Shown here piece by piece: positions 10,401-20,386 of a stretch of 64,000 nt of DNA. The position numbers were made by a program, and so were the translations under genes. The notes beneath the pieces are model-generated. The model was not told the DNA's origin. It saw only the letters and a list, made by a program, of their open reading frames with translations, and searched no databases. Origin of the DNA: Candidatus Poribacteria bacterium. GTDB lineage: Bacteria > Poribacteria > WGA-4E > WGA-3G. Each line of letters begins with the position of its first letter. Position 1 is the stretch's first letter. The stretch lies in assembly GCA_965205025.1 (NCBI GenBank), contig CBDBFU010000015.1:224001-288000 (forward strand), given 5' to 3'.

Positions 10401-11438
10401 ATGAGTAAAGCAATATTTTAAACACTTCTTACTTTTATTTACATCCTTAATTTATCTTGGTTGTCAAGGTGGAATCTTCAATGTAAATAATGGTGGAACA
10501 GGTAACGGAATTATTGAAAAATCTGGTGAATTGACTCAGGATGAAGTCTGGGATGGACGGATATATATTACCAGTACTGTAATTGTTCCAGCAGATATAA
10601 CTCTCACAATCCGTTCAGGAACAATAGTAGGATTTGAACCCAAAGATGAACCGAGTGGGATTATAGTCCACGGTGAGCTTTATGCTGAAGGTGCCCCAGA
10701 TCGTATGATTGTTTTCGGATCATTAGGTGAACCCCCAAACAATACCAGATGAAGAAACTGAAGAGATATCAGAAACCAATATTATTGTACAGAATTCCTT
10801 AACACCTGCAACCCAGAAATCCAGAGCATCTCCTCCACAAACAGGTGACTGGAAAGGGATTACAATAGAAACACAGAGTCCAAATAGTAGACTAACCTAT
10901 TTGTCGAATACAACACGCGACTAATGCAATTCTATGTAAAACCGACACTGTACAAATAGAAAGATGTCTATTAACTGAAAACAATATAGGAGTTCTCTGT
11001 GAAAACACCAATCCAACTATTTCATCAAACGAATTTTAATAGAAATGGGAGTGGTGCTCAATTTCGTGGATCATCTGCTCCTGAGGTAGAATACAATGAG
11101 TTCGGCTGCTAATCGATATGGATTAGTATGCGAAGATGATTCCAGACCACGAATACACCATAACAATATACGTTCAAACTACGAATATGCAATCATCTGT
11201 TATTCTACATCTTCACCTGAGATTGTATCAAACAATATTACTCTTAACAACGGTTGGGCAGTATATGATGGAGGAAGGACTAAGAGACAATTACATCAGT
11301 GGAAATAAACAGGTCGGACCAAATGTCACAGAACTGGGTATAGGTACACAAAGTGATCAATTCTATAGTGTTGAGGAAGTATTCGATCCAAGATCTACTC
11401 CTGTTTCAGATGCAGGTCTTCCTCGAGACAAATTTTAG
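10401..11438 (+). CDS. Lipoprotein with right-handed parallel beta-helix repeats; broken by about six +1 insertions
   Basis: Joined fragments give MSKAIFKHFLLLFTSLIYLGC (lipobox)...DEVWDGRIYIT...LTIRSGT...GDWKGITI...repeated 'G..C...S.P.I..N.I..N' coils. Each break is fixed by deleting one base from a short run. Confidence 0.7.
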
Positions 11439-11442
11439 ACTA

Positions 11443-12369
11443 ATGAATACCGTTAAAGCCTACCTTGAATTAATCCGCTATCCATTATTTGCAATTCCTA
11501 TTGTTGCGACACTACCAGGGGCATTAATTGCAAGTGAGGGAAAGATATCATGGCGTGTTGTCGCAGCAGTAGTAATTGCCATGTTTGGCTACTTTGCTGG
11601 AATGATAAAGAACGATTATTTCCACAAAGAAACGGATTCTATAACCAATCCTAATCGTCCGTTACCGTCCCAAAGATTGACACCTAAACAAGCTTTAATA
11701 CCTGCCAGTATTATTTATGCGATCTGCGTAATCTGTGGGTTTCTGTTAAATATTAAAGCGGGTCTTTTGGTTATAGCATTAGTAGCAATATCACATTTGT
11801 ATAACGCCATCTTTAAGTCGCGTGGAATCTTAGGAAGTCTAACATTGCCATTGGGAATAGGTTTATTAAGTATTTTTGGGTCATTGGTAGTTAGTGGATA
11901 TGTTCCCCGTTTAGTATGGTACGTTTTCGGCGCAATTACTCTCTACGATTTAGGAACACATATTACTACTACTTTCAAGGATATAACACGTGATTCAAAA
12001 GTAGGAATTGTTACTACACCTCAACAACTTGGGATACGGACAGCCTTATTATTATCTGCTGTTTCTACTTTTTTAGCTTTTTTTATCTTACTACTCCCAT
12101 TTTGGACGGAAAATTCTATTGATATTACATCTTATATTATCTGGGGCATTTTGGGGGTTCTTGCAGCAGTGGTTACACGTATTCCACTCTATCTTCAACC
12201 TAAAGAGAAAAACGGTTATTTTGCTTTACAAGGATCAATGTTTGGTTCGATACTTTTCTTCCCATGTTTCATTGGAACAATTGTCTCCGTAGAATCAACA
12301 ATATTGATTATTGTACCCTTATTACTTATAACCATAGTGTTAATAAAAACAACTCCTCAAGAAGTGTAA
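11443..12369 (+). CDS. UbiA-family prenyltransferase (DGGGP-synthase-like)
   Basis: Likely start MNTVKAYLELIR; NDYFHKETD..NPNRPLPS and FKDITRDSKVG motifs; multi-TM. Confidence 0.85.
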   Translation: MNTVKAYLELIRYPLFAIPIVATLPGALIASEGKISWRVVAAVVIAMFGYFAGMIKNDYFHKETDSITNPNRPLPSQRLTPKQALIPASIIYAICVICGFLLNIKAGLLVIALVAISHLYNAIFKSRGILGSLTLPLGIGLLSIFGSLVVSGYVPRLVWYVFGAITLYDLGTHITTTFKDITRDSKVGIVTTPQQLGIRTALLLSAVSTFLAFFILLLPFWTENSIDITSYIIWGILGVLAAVVTRIPLYLQPKEKNGYFALQGSMFGSILFFPCFIGTIVSVESTILIIVPLLLITIVLIKTTPQEV

Positions 12370-12418
12370 GCACAAGATAAATTTACGCATAAATTAATTT
12401 CTTAAGGACAAGTCAAAT

Positions 12419-13867
12419 ATGAAGAATATCATTCTCTTAATTACAGATACATTCCGTTATGATAACCTGGGTGAAAGGGCAACACGGTCTATTCGGACAC
12501 CTATGCTCGATAGTTTTGCTGCCAACCGTGCATCAGCCATTGAAAAATTCTATATGAATAGTTTCCCGACTATTCCTCATAGAACAGATGTAGCAACAAG
12601 TACAGTTGGATGGCCACATTATCCCTGGCAGCCAATTGATCAAAGCGGACCAAACCATGTTGCGAAATTATTGGCAGGTGAAGGCTATGCAACGCAGTTA
12701 ATCTGTGACTGTCCACATCTGTTTAATGCACGTTTTCAACAAGGATTTCAGGCAGCCTTTCAACATCGTGGACAAGAAGGTGACAAGCCACTGCTTCACC
12801 TTAATGATGACATTGAAATTGTCATGCCGGATGATAAAACCCGTCCGAATCCATCCTTCCGTGGACATACTTTAGCCAATACCCATCGTTGGACAAACCG
12901 CTACTACCAATATGAATCAGAGACATTCTCTGGAAGAACATCTCAAAGTGCGATACGATTCCTTGAAGAAAACTATCGTTCAGGACCGTTCTTTTTATGG
13001 GTTGATTTTTTTGATCCACATGAACCATGGGATCCACCGGAATATATCGTTAAGAGATATGATCCAACCTATTCAGGCCCCCCTATGATTCATCCAAATT
13101 ATGGACGATCATCAATCTATACGGATGCAGAATTGCATAATTTATGGGCACATTATGCGGGTGAATCCGAAATGGTAGATCGTCATATTGGACGGATACT
13201 TGAAAAAGTTGAGGATCTCGAATTATGGGATGATTCTATTGTAGTAGTAATGTCCGACCATGGAATGTCTATTGGGGAACATGGTAAAACAGGTAAATCA
13301 AATATAGATCCGGATGATCCACGCTTTTGGCCTACCTATCCTGAGATAAATCATGAGATGTTTCTAATCGGTGGTGGTGATATTCCACAGGGACAAAGTC
13401 TTGAACTTATCGCCCAACCTGTTGACATTCTTCCAACACTTTGTGATTTGGCAGGCGTCCGTCTTGAGCCACCTAAACCTTTTGAGGGAAGGTCTTTCGC
13501 GGAATCACTTCTGAGCGGTGATACACACCATAGAGAGTATGCAATCACTGCGACTCACATTAGTTCACAAAATAACATTGTCCCCCGTCGTGCAGTAACA
13601 CCTTTCCTTGTCACAGAACGTTGGGGATATGCTCCGGTCGGTTCACTTGGTCTCCCAGAGTTATTTGATCTCAGTGAAGATCCCCTTGCATCCAATAATC
13701 TGGCAGAGGATAATGGGGCATTGTTAACTGAATTACATCAACTATTTATGGCATATCTATTAGAACATAATGCTCCAGAGAAATGCATCTCATTGTGGCA
13801 AGATTCACTGACAGGAGATGGTGAAGGTAAATGGACAATAGACTATTCGGACAAAGCTGACGAGTAA
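12419..13867 (+). CDS. Sulfatase-like hydrolase (alkaline phosphatase superfamily) with Thr at the formylglycine position
   Basis: NIILLITDTFRYD, T-I-P-H-R, FDPHEPW, SDHG. Confidence 0.85.
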   Translation: MKNIILLITDTFRYDNLGERATRSIRTPMLDSFAANRASAIEKFYMNSFPTIPHRTDVATSTVGWPHYPWQPIDQSGPNHVAKLLAGEGYATQLICDCPHLFNARFQQGFQAAFQHRGQEGDKPLLHLNDDIEIVMPDDKTRPNPSFRGHTLANTHRWTNRYYQYESETFSGRTSQSAIRFLEENYRSGPFFLWVDFFDPHEPWDPPEYIVKRYDPTYSGPPMIHPNYGRSSIYTDAELHNLWAHYAGESEMVDRHIGRILEKVEDLELWDDSIVVVMSDHGMSIGEHGKTGKSNIDPDDPRFWPTYPEINHEMFLIGGGDIPQGQSLELIAQPVDILPTLCDLAGVRLEPPKPFEGRSFAESLLSGDTHHREYAITATHISSQNNIVPRRAVTPFLVTERWGYAPVGSLGLPELFDLSEDPLASNNLAEDNGALLTELHQLFMAYLLEHNAPEKCISLWQDSLTGDGEGKWTIDYSDKADE

Positions 13868-13928
13868 TCTATATGAGTTCACTGACTGTGATGTGAGCTT
13901 AGCTTGATTTATAACTGGTGAATAAGGT

Positions 13929-15239
13929 ATGACATCTAAAAGTTCAATAAGCGGTAAGCTGAGAAAAATCATTGGACATGATTCTCTTATTACAGAGGAA
14001 GATATTTCATTATATTCCTACGATGGTATTACACCTGATATGGGTGTTATTCCCTCCTCAATACAAGAATTGCAGAGTATTTTATGTTATGCCTCAGAAC
14101 ACAACCTATCTGTAATACCATCGGGTTCTGGTACGAAACTGGGAATCGGGAACTTGGCTAAAAAGACTGATTTAGTTCTTTCAACAAATCGACTTAACAA
14201 GGTATTAGAATATGAACCTGCAGACTTAACTGTTACAGTAGAGGCTGGTATCCGTTTAACAGACCTTCAGATAGTTTTAGCAGAACATAGGCAATTTCTC
14301 CCAATAGACCCACCATACGGAAGTAGATGTACAATAGGAGGTATAATATCCTCCAACTCGAGCGGTTCATTACGTTATCAATATGGTACAGTTAGGAATT
14401 TGGTTTTAGGTATGAAAGTGATGAATCCAAAAGGCATAGTTGTAAAAAGTGGCGGGAAAGTTGTTAAGAATGTTGCTGGGTACGATATCAATAAACTCTA
14501 TATTGGAGCCTTTGGAACTCTTGGTATAATTACGGAAGTTACTCTCAAATTAGCCCCTTTGCCACCAAAAACAGCAATTTTGGTTTCTCAATTTGAGCAC
14601 ATAGGTGATGCTGTAACTTCTGGTCTAAAGATTGCCAGTTCACAGATACTACCGAATTATGTTAACCTTAGATCTAAATTCTCATATCAAGATATATCAG
14701 ATAATAACCCAACATTACTCATTGGATTCGGAGGAGATCCTGAAGCTGTATCTTGGCAGCTGGAATCCACAAAGTCTCTGATGGAACAATATGGGTCATT
14801 AGGGGTGTATATAATTGATGGAGAAAACCAAACTGACATACAACAGTTGATTCAAGAATTTCCAGCAGTTAATCCAAATTCTGATACTGTATTGGTGAAG
14901 TTGAATCTAAAACGGACGGATCTGGCAGTATTTGCTGAGAAAGCACTGGATATAACAGATGATGTTATGGCAATTGTTGGTAATGGAGTGTTATACCTTA
15001 GAATCAACAATCTATCTGGTATGGATGTAAAATCACTATCTCACACACTTGATCAACTACGAGAGAATGCAGTGAAGGCACAGGGTAATCTAATTATTGA
15101 AGCTGCTCCACCAGAATTAAAACAACAGATTGATGTTTGGGGTTCAATTGATAGGACTTTAATATTGATGAAACAGATCAAGGAAAGATTTGATGAGGGT
15201 AATATATTGAATCCAGGACGTTATGTTTCGGCAATATAG
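13929..15239 (+). CDS. FAD-linked oxidase, GlcE-like subunit
   Basis: EYEPADLTVTVEAG, GGKVVKNVAGYD, GTLGIITE, FD...ILNPG. Confidence 0.85.
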   Translation: MTSKSSISGKLRKIIGHDSLITEEDISLYSYDGITPDMGVIPSSIQELQSILCYASEHNLSVIPSGSGTKLGIGNLAKKTDLVLSTNRLNKVLEYEPADLTVTVEAGIRLTDLQIVLAEHRQFLPIDPPYGSRCTIGGIISSNSSGSLRYQYGTVRNLVLGMKVMNPKGIVVKSGGKVVKNVAGYDINKLYIGAFGTLGIITEVTLKLAPLPPKTAILVSQFEHIGDAVTSGLKIASSQILPNYVNLRSKFSYQDISDNNPTLLIGFGGDPEAVSWQLESTKSLMEQYGSLGVYIIDGENQTDIQQLIQEFPAVNPNSDTVLVKLNLKRTDLAVFAEKALDITDDVMAIVGNGVLYLRINNLSGMDVKSLSHTLDQLRENAVKAQGNLIIEAAPPELKQQIDVWGSIDRTLILMKQIKERFDEGNILNPGRYVSAI

Positions 15240-15350
15240 ACAGAAAAACTTCTGTTTATTCCCTGTTAGCTATAGTTCTCTAATTTTCACAACCACCCGA
15301 TTGTATTCTATACATTCATCTGGGTACAACTTATATGGAGAAGGGAACAT

Positions 15351-16982
15351 ATGAAAGATATAAAAGGGAGGATTCTGTGGATTGATGGCACATTGAGAGC
15401 GTTAACTTCGAACACATTGTTAAAATCTGAATTAAAACCCTATATTCGATTCTTAGAGTATAATAATTATGATCTTTCTTTTGCAGAAAATCCTGAGGAG
15501 GGAATTGACTTACTTAGAGAATGGAATTTCCACGGTTTATTACTGAGTAATGATAATCCATCCGAAAGTCGAGATTTACTATATCAAATACGTAAATTAG
15601 ATGGGCATATTCCTATAATTATACTTACAGAATCTGCCAATCAAGAATTAATGGAGTATGTAAACCTTTTCAATGTAAGTGATGTTCTAATTATGCCGAC
15701 GAACCCAAGACAGTTGGTTACATCTCTTACCTTATTACTCGAAAGGCAGATAATTCTTAATAAGTATATTCCACAAGCATATGTGGAGGAATTTAACCAA
15801 AACTATTCAGATAGGAAGCAGCAACTAAAATCATCGTTAAATAACATCTCTGAGACAACACAAACATCTGAATGGCAGACATGGATAGACACCTACACTA
15901 ATCTGCTTGAATGGGATATTAGATTTGATGATTTAACACAGACAGATGAACTTCAGGAAATACATGCTATAGAAAAGCGAGAAGCTAATTTAGCATTTAC
16001 AAATTACATAAAGGAATCTTATAGTACATGGTTGGAAGGTGAAGAATCTCCAACACTTTCAGTAGATCTACTTGATAAATTCGTAATACCTGAAATCCAA
16101 ATTGGAAAGTCCATTTTATTTGTAATTATAGATTGTCTACGACTGGACCATTGGCTGAAAATTGAACCATTACTCTATAATGACTTCCAAGTAACAAGAC
16201 ATTATTATCTCTCTATTTTACCTACTACGACTGGATATGCACGGAATGCGATTTTTAGTGGTCTTTTTCCCAGAGATTTATCTGAACGTTACCCTGAATT
16301 GTATGCTGAACCAGACGAGGGACATACAAGCATCAATCGATATGAAAAAGATTTGATGCTTTTACAACTTGAACGGTATGGAATTGCTCTTAAACCAACC
16401 CCTCATTACTTTAAGATTTTTGATGAACGCGGGGAGATACAATATCTACAATGGTTTTCTGAGACGAAGCGGATAAGTTTTGCAGCAGTTGTTGTTGATT
16501 TTATTGACATGTTAACCCATATGTATTCAGATGAATCTATTCTTCAACAACTTATTCCAAATGAAACAGCCTTTCGAGGAGTTGCTCAAACGTGGTTTAA
16601 GAACTCAAGATTATATAATATCATACAACTTGCCGCAGACCGGGGTATTACCGTTATTCTCACTACTGACCATGGGTCGGTACAATGCAATAATGCTGCC
16701 AAGGTCTCAAGTCAACACGAACTTACCAGTGGACTACGATTAAAAGAAGGTAGGAATATAACGTATAACCCAGAGACAAGTTTTATCATAAATGATCCTG
16801 AAATATATCGTTTACCTTCAGATGACAATAACAAGAACTATATCCTTGCCATTGAAGATTATTATTTCGTATACGATAGGCAATTGACCAACCACAGCGA
16901 TTTATTTCAAGGCAGCTTCCAACATGGTGGAATCTCATTTGAAGAAATGATACTTCCATGTATTGTTCTCGATCCACGATGA
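15351..16982 (+). CDS. PorX-like protein: degenerate receiver domain plus PglZ phosphodiesterase domain
   Basis: LKPYIRFLE and PTNPRQL receiver remnants; IDCLRLDHW, SILPTTTGYARNAIFSG, DMLTH, TTDHG, FQHGGISFEEMILP. Confidence 0.85.
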   Translation: MKDIKGRILWIDGTLRALTSNTLLKSELKPYIRFLEYNNYDLSFAENPEEGIDLLREWNFHGLLLSNDNPSESRDLLYQIRKLDGHIPIIILTESANQELMEYVNLFNVSDVLIMPTNPRQLVTSLTLLLERQIILNKYIPQAYVEEFNQNYSDRKQQLKSSLNNISETTQTSEWQTWIDTYTNLLEWDIRFDDLTQTDELQEIHAIEKREANLAFTNYIKESYSTWLEGEESPTLSVDLLDKFVIPEIQIGKSILFVIIDCLRLDHWLKIEPLLYNDFQVTRHYYLSILPTTTGYARNAIFSGLFPRDLSERYPELYAEPDEGHTSINRYEKDLMLLQLERYGIALKPTPHYFKIFDERGEIQYLQWFSETKRISFAAVVVDFIDMLTHMYSDESILQQLIPNETAFRGVAQTWFKNSRLYNIIQLAADRGITVILTTDHGSVQCNNAAKVSSQHELTSGLRLKEGRNITYNPETSFIINDPEIYRLPSDDNNKNYILAIEDYYFVYDRQLTNHSDLFQGSFQHGGISFEEMILPCIVLDPR

Positions 16983-17004
16983 ATTGTTGTTATCCTTGTG
17001 ATTT

Positions 17005-17029
17005 GTCATGCCACGAAATATGGCATGAC
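17005..17029. terminator. Intergenic hairpin (terminator or REP-like)
   Basis: GTCATGCCA-N7-TGGCATGAC. Confidence 0.5.
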
Positions 17030-17065
17030 TGCATTACAATTATCTTCTCTTAGGAGAACTGACTG

Positions 17066-18943
17066 ATGCTAAATAAAACCGAAATTAAGAAAGCATATTT
17101 CACCATCCTTATATTTGTTATTACAGTAATTCTACCATTGAGTTCACTCACCCAGTTTCCAGACTTTGGTCTATCTGATAATGGAGTTGTTGATAAGATA
17201 ATTGCAGAAGGATTTATCTCATTGGACAAAGTCCAACCGGGAAGTCAATTTCAAATAGCAATTGTAGTAGATATTACCAATGGGTGGCATATCAACGCAA
17301 ATCCTACTCGAGAAGGACTTTTTCCTACCGAAATATCACTACCAGAAATACCAAATTTGACATTTGGTGAGATTGCATATCCAAAAGGAGATACACTTGA
17401 TATAGCCTCTATTGGTACAGCATCTGTCTATCACGACACAATCAAAATAGGAATTCCAGCAGCTTTATCCAATAGTGCACCAATTGCACCGATGACTTTA
17501 AACCTTGAGTTACGTTATCAAGCTTGCAGTGATGAACAATGTCTATTACCTGAAACACAAAACATCTCTATTCCAATAGATATTGTCAGTACAGAAAAGA
17601 TTATACAACGAGTGAATCAGGATATTTTTACTGGCATTGATTTTGGAACAGTTTCAGGGACCAATCCCACCAACAATGAGAATAAAGGTGGAATCGCTGG
17701 AGCATTATCAGGTGGTAAGTTGTGGTTAGCATTTCTGCTTGTTTTTGCCGGTGGAATTGTTACAAGTCTCACACCTTGTGTGTATCCCTTAATTCCAATT
17801 ACAGTATCAGTTTTTGGAGCTAACGAATCAACAGGTATCTTCAAATCATTTTTACTCTCTCTGGTATATGTTTTTGGTATAGTACTCACTTATTCGATAT
17901 TAGGAGTGGCTGTAGCATCAACTGGAGCAGTATTTGGTCAGATAATGGCAAACCCTTGGGTAATTGGATTCATTAGTGTAATTCTTTTCTCTTTAGGATT
18001 ATCAATGTTTGGTGTATTTGAAATTAGACTTCCAAGTTCAGTACAAAACAAACTCAATACTGTAGGTGGCACAGGATTTATCGGTGCATTTGCAATGGGA
18101 ACTGTTGCTGGTGTGATCGCAGCACCTTGTACAGGTCCAGCCCTGGCAGCAGTATTAGCCTATATTGCAACTACTCAAAGTGTCTTAATCGGTTTTTGGC
18201 TTATGTTTACCTATGCTCTTGGAATGGGTTTACTTTTTATCTGTATCGGTACATTTTCTGGATTAATTTCGTCATTACCTCGTTCTGGTGGATGGATGTA
18301 TGTATTAGAAAATATATTTGGTATTGCGATAATCACAATGGCTCTCTTTTTCCTGAAGGATGTAGAGGTGTTTTCTGGATTAAAAAGTTTTCTTCAGAAT
18401 TCATACCCGTTTTTTGCTTTTGCCGGTGCGCTTGTGTTGATTGGACTATGGTTAGGTAAATTGAAAGAACGTTATAGTGGTATTTCTTCAAAGTTGCGGG
18501 TCCAAAAAACTTTTGGTTTAGCACTCGCTATTTTGGGTGCATATATGATCCTTGGTGGAATTCAGCAACCTGCAGCTGGACCACATTTGGATTGGGAATA
18601 TGATGAACCGACTGCATTGGCAAACGCAAAACAGAATGACAAATTGGTTATGCTTGACTTCTACGCGACTTGGTGTGGTGCATGTAATGAATTAGATCAT
18701 AAAACATTTTCAAATCAAGAAGTTGTTGATAGATTGAAGAACTATATCACAGTAAAACTGGACTTTAGTGCTGAATCAGACAAGGTTTTAACAGAGAAGT
18801 ATAAAATCCGTGGTTTACCAGTTGTCTTATTTCTGAATTCTTCAGGAATAGTATTAGAACGGGTTGAAAAATTCGTAAATGCGGAGAATATGCTTAAAAT
18901 AATCGATGAAGTTGAAAAGAAAACAGATACATCAACACAATAA
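17066..18943 (+). CDS. dsbD: Thiol:disulfide interchange protein DsbD (Ig-like, TM and thioredoxin domains)
   Basis: GWHINAN, YQACSDEQC, SLTPCVYP, AAPCTGP, DFYATWCGAC. Confidence 0.92.
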   Translation: MLNKTEIKKAYFTILIFVITVILPLSSLTQFPDFGLSDNGVVDKIIAEGFISLDKVQPGSQFQIAIVVDITNGWHINANPTREGLFPTEISLPEIPNLTFGEIAYPKGDTLDIASIGTASVYHDTIKIGIPAALSNSAPIAPMTLNLELRYQACSDEQCLLPETQNISIPIDIVSTEKIIQRVNQDIFTGIDFGTVSGTNPTNNENKGGIAGALSGGKLWLAFLLVFAGGIVTSLTPCVYPLIPITVSVFGANESTGIFKSFLLSLVYVFGIVLTYSILGVAVASTGAVFGQIMANPWVIGFISVILFSLGLSMFGVFEIRLPSSVQNKLNTVGGTGFIGAFAMGTVAGVIAAPCTGPALAAVLAYIATTQSVLIGFWLMFTYALGMGLLFICIGTFSGLISSLPRSGGWMYVLENIFGIAIITMALFFLKDVEVFSGLKSFLQNSYPFFAFAGALVLIGLWLGKLKERYSGISSKLRVQKTFGLALAILGAYMILGGIQQPAAGPHLDWEYDEPTALANAKQNDKLVMLDFYATWCGACNELDHKTFSNQEVVDRLKNYITVKLDFSAESDKVLTEKYKIRGLPVVLFLNSSGIVLERVEKFVNAENMLKIIDEVEKKTDTSTQ

Positions 18944-18957
18944 AATAGGAGAACCTT

Positions 18958-20028
18958 ATGGAAAATAGATTACTCTTTTCATCTCGATATTGGTTAGTGT
19001 ATACAGAGATCTTCGCAATAATAGTTTTCATAGCAATCGCCACAATCCTTATACAGAAAAGTAGCAGTGAACAGGAGGCACACCCTCTATCCGAAGTAGA
19101 AGTACTAATTACGGAAGCAGATACACTATTTGAGAAGCAGGATTTTGGGGATGCCATTTTACTGTATTGGCAAGCATTAATTGCAATGAATAAATCAAAA
19201 TCTGATACTAATGCAGATACACGTTTACATGCTAACCTACGTATAGCTGAGATTTACTCACAAAGTAGTTGGGTTAAAGATGCGTGGTCTCGTCTGAAGA
19301 ATGCCTCAATCATAAATCCTGAAGATGAGCAAGTATTACTCCTAAGTGGTAAGCTACATAGAGATTTAGGTGATCAAGAAGAAGCCGTTAATCATTTTAT
19401 ATCCGTTATTGATAAGAACAATGGTAATGCTGAAGCCCACTACCTTCTGGGTGTGCTTTATCAAGGTAGAAAACAATACTCTGATGCATCAGAACATTAC
19501 TTAGAAGCAATAAACAATGATACGGAACTAAAGAATATATCATCTGAAAAGGCACCAATTGGAATACTATCAAGATTACAGTTATCCCGAACCTACAATA
19601 AGATGCTCCAAGGATATCGATTCGTAGATCGTGAACTCACAAATGCAGATTATGATGAAATGTCTCGACTTGAATCACAATCTATAATACTCTTGAAGGA
19701 AGCTAACCAGTTATATCCAGGAATGCAGGAAGTTGTAAACGATCTAATTGGTTTACTGTATTATCGAGCAAGTGCGCTTAAACGTGAAGCAGCCACTCGA
19801 CCCTATGCTGATGCTTTAGATGTATATGAAGAAATTGTAGAACTTGACCCTATGGAAGTACAAGCTTGGCAGGAGATGGCAGAAATATATGAGAGTTATC
19901 TTCGTGATAAAGAAAAAGCACTTGAGATGTATCAGAAGGTTCACAAACTTGAACCCCATCCAACCTTCTTAGCAATAATCAAATCTTTAGAAGAAGATAT
20001 AGCAGCCGAAAAAGAACAAAGTAAGTAA
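18958..20028 (+). CDS. Membrane-anchored tetratricopeptide repeat protein
   Basis: N-terminal TM; TPR patterns such as NAEAHYLLGVLY and EAWQ-like repeats. Confidence 0.8.
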   Translation: MENRLLFSSRYWLVYTEIFAIIVFIAIATILIQKSSSEQEAHPLSEVEVLITEADTLFEKQDFGDAILLYWQALIAMNKSKSDTNADTRLHANLRIAEIYSQSSWVKDAWSRLKNASIINPEDEQVLLLSGKLHRDLGDQEEAVNHFISVIDKNNGNAEAHYLLGVLYQGRKQYSDASEHYLEAINNDTELKNISSEKAPIGILSRLQLSRTYNKMLQGYRFVDRELTNADYDEMSRLESQSIILLKEANQLYPGMQEVVNDLIGLLYYRASALKREAATRPYADALDVYEEIVELDPMEVQAWQEMAEIYESYLRDKEKALEMYQKVHKLEPHPTFLAIIKSLEEDIAAEKEQSK

Positions 20029-20163
20029 ATCCATCTACCTAACTCTCTAAATTCCCACCCCATAGAGTCTACACAAACTGAAGTATATAAATAAGTCTGT
20101 CAGGTGTGCCTTATATATAGAAATAATGTTATTGATAAGTGTGAAGGGAAGGTTTTACTAAGA

Positions 20164-20235
20164 AGCCGATGAGAGGATTTGAACCTCCGACCTACTGATT
20201 ACGAATCAGTTGCTCTTCCACTGAGCTACACCGGC
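20164..20235 (-). tRNA. tRNA-Thr(CGT)
   Basis: GCCGGTGTAGCTCAGTGG...CTGATT CGT AATCAG...GGTTCAAATCC...ATCGGC; no encoded CCA. Confidence 0.95.
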
Positions 20236-20258
20236 TTGTAAATGCTTAAATAGCAAAA

Positions 20259-20331
20259 TGCCGAGAGGCAGAATCGAACTGCCGACACATAGATTTTCAG
20301 TCTACTGCTCTACCGACTGAGCTATCTCGGC
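20259..20331 (-). tRNA. tRNA-Phe(GAA)
   Basis: GCCGAGATAGCTCAGTCGGTAGAGC TAGACT GAA AATCTA...AGTTCGATTCT...CTCGGCA; no encoded CCA. Confidence 0.95.
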
Positions 20332-20343
20332 ATCAGGTAGATT

Positions 20344-20372
20344 ATAATACCATTAAATGTAATTTCTGTCAA
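20344..20372 (-). promoter_or_regulatory. sigma70 promoter of the tRNA pair
   Basis: TTGACA-17 bp-(TGG)TATTAT just upstream of tRNA-Phe. Confidence 0.7.
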
Positions 20373-20386
20373 TTCTTTTTAGATTG

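Noticed and set aside
15351-16982. BREX defence system (PglZ domain)
   Set aside because: Architecture is PorX-like; no pglX, brxC or brxL nearby
20164-20331. tRNA-anchored genomic island
   Set aside because: No integrase and no duplicated tRNA 3' end found in the window
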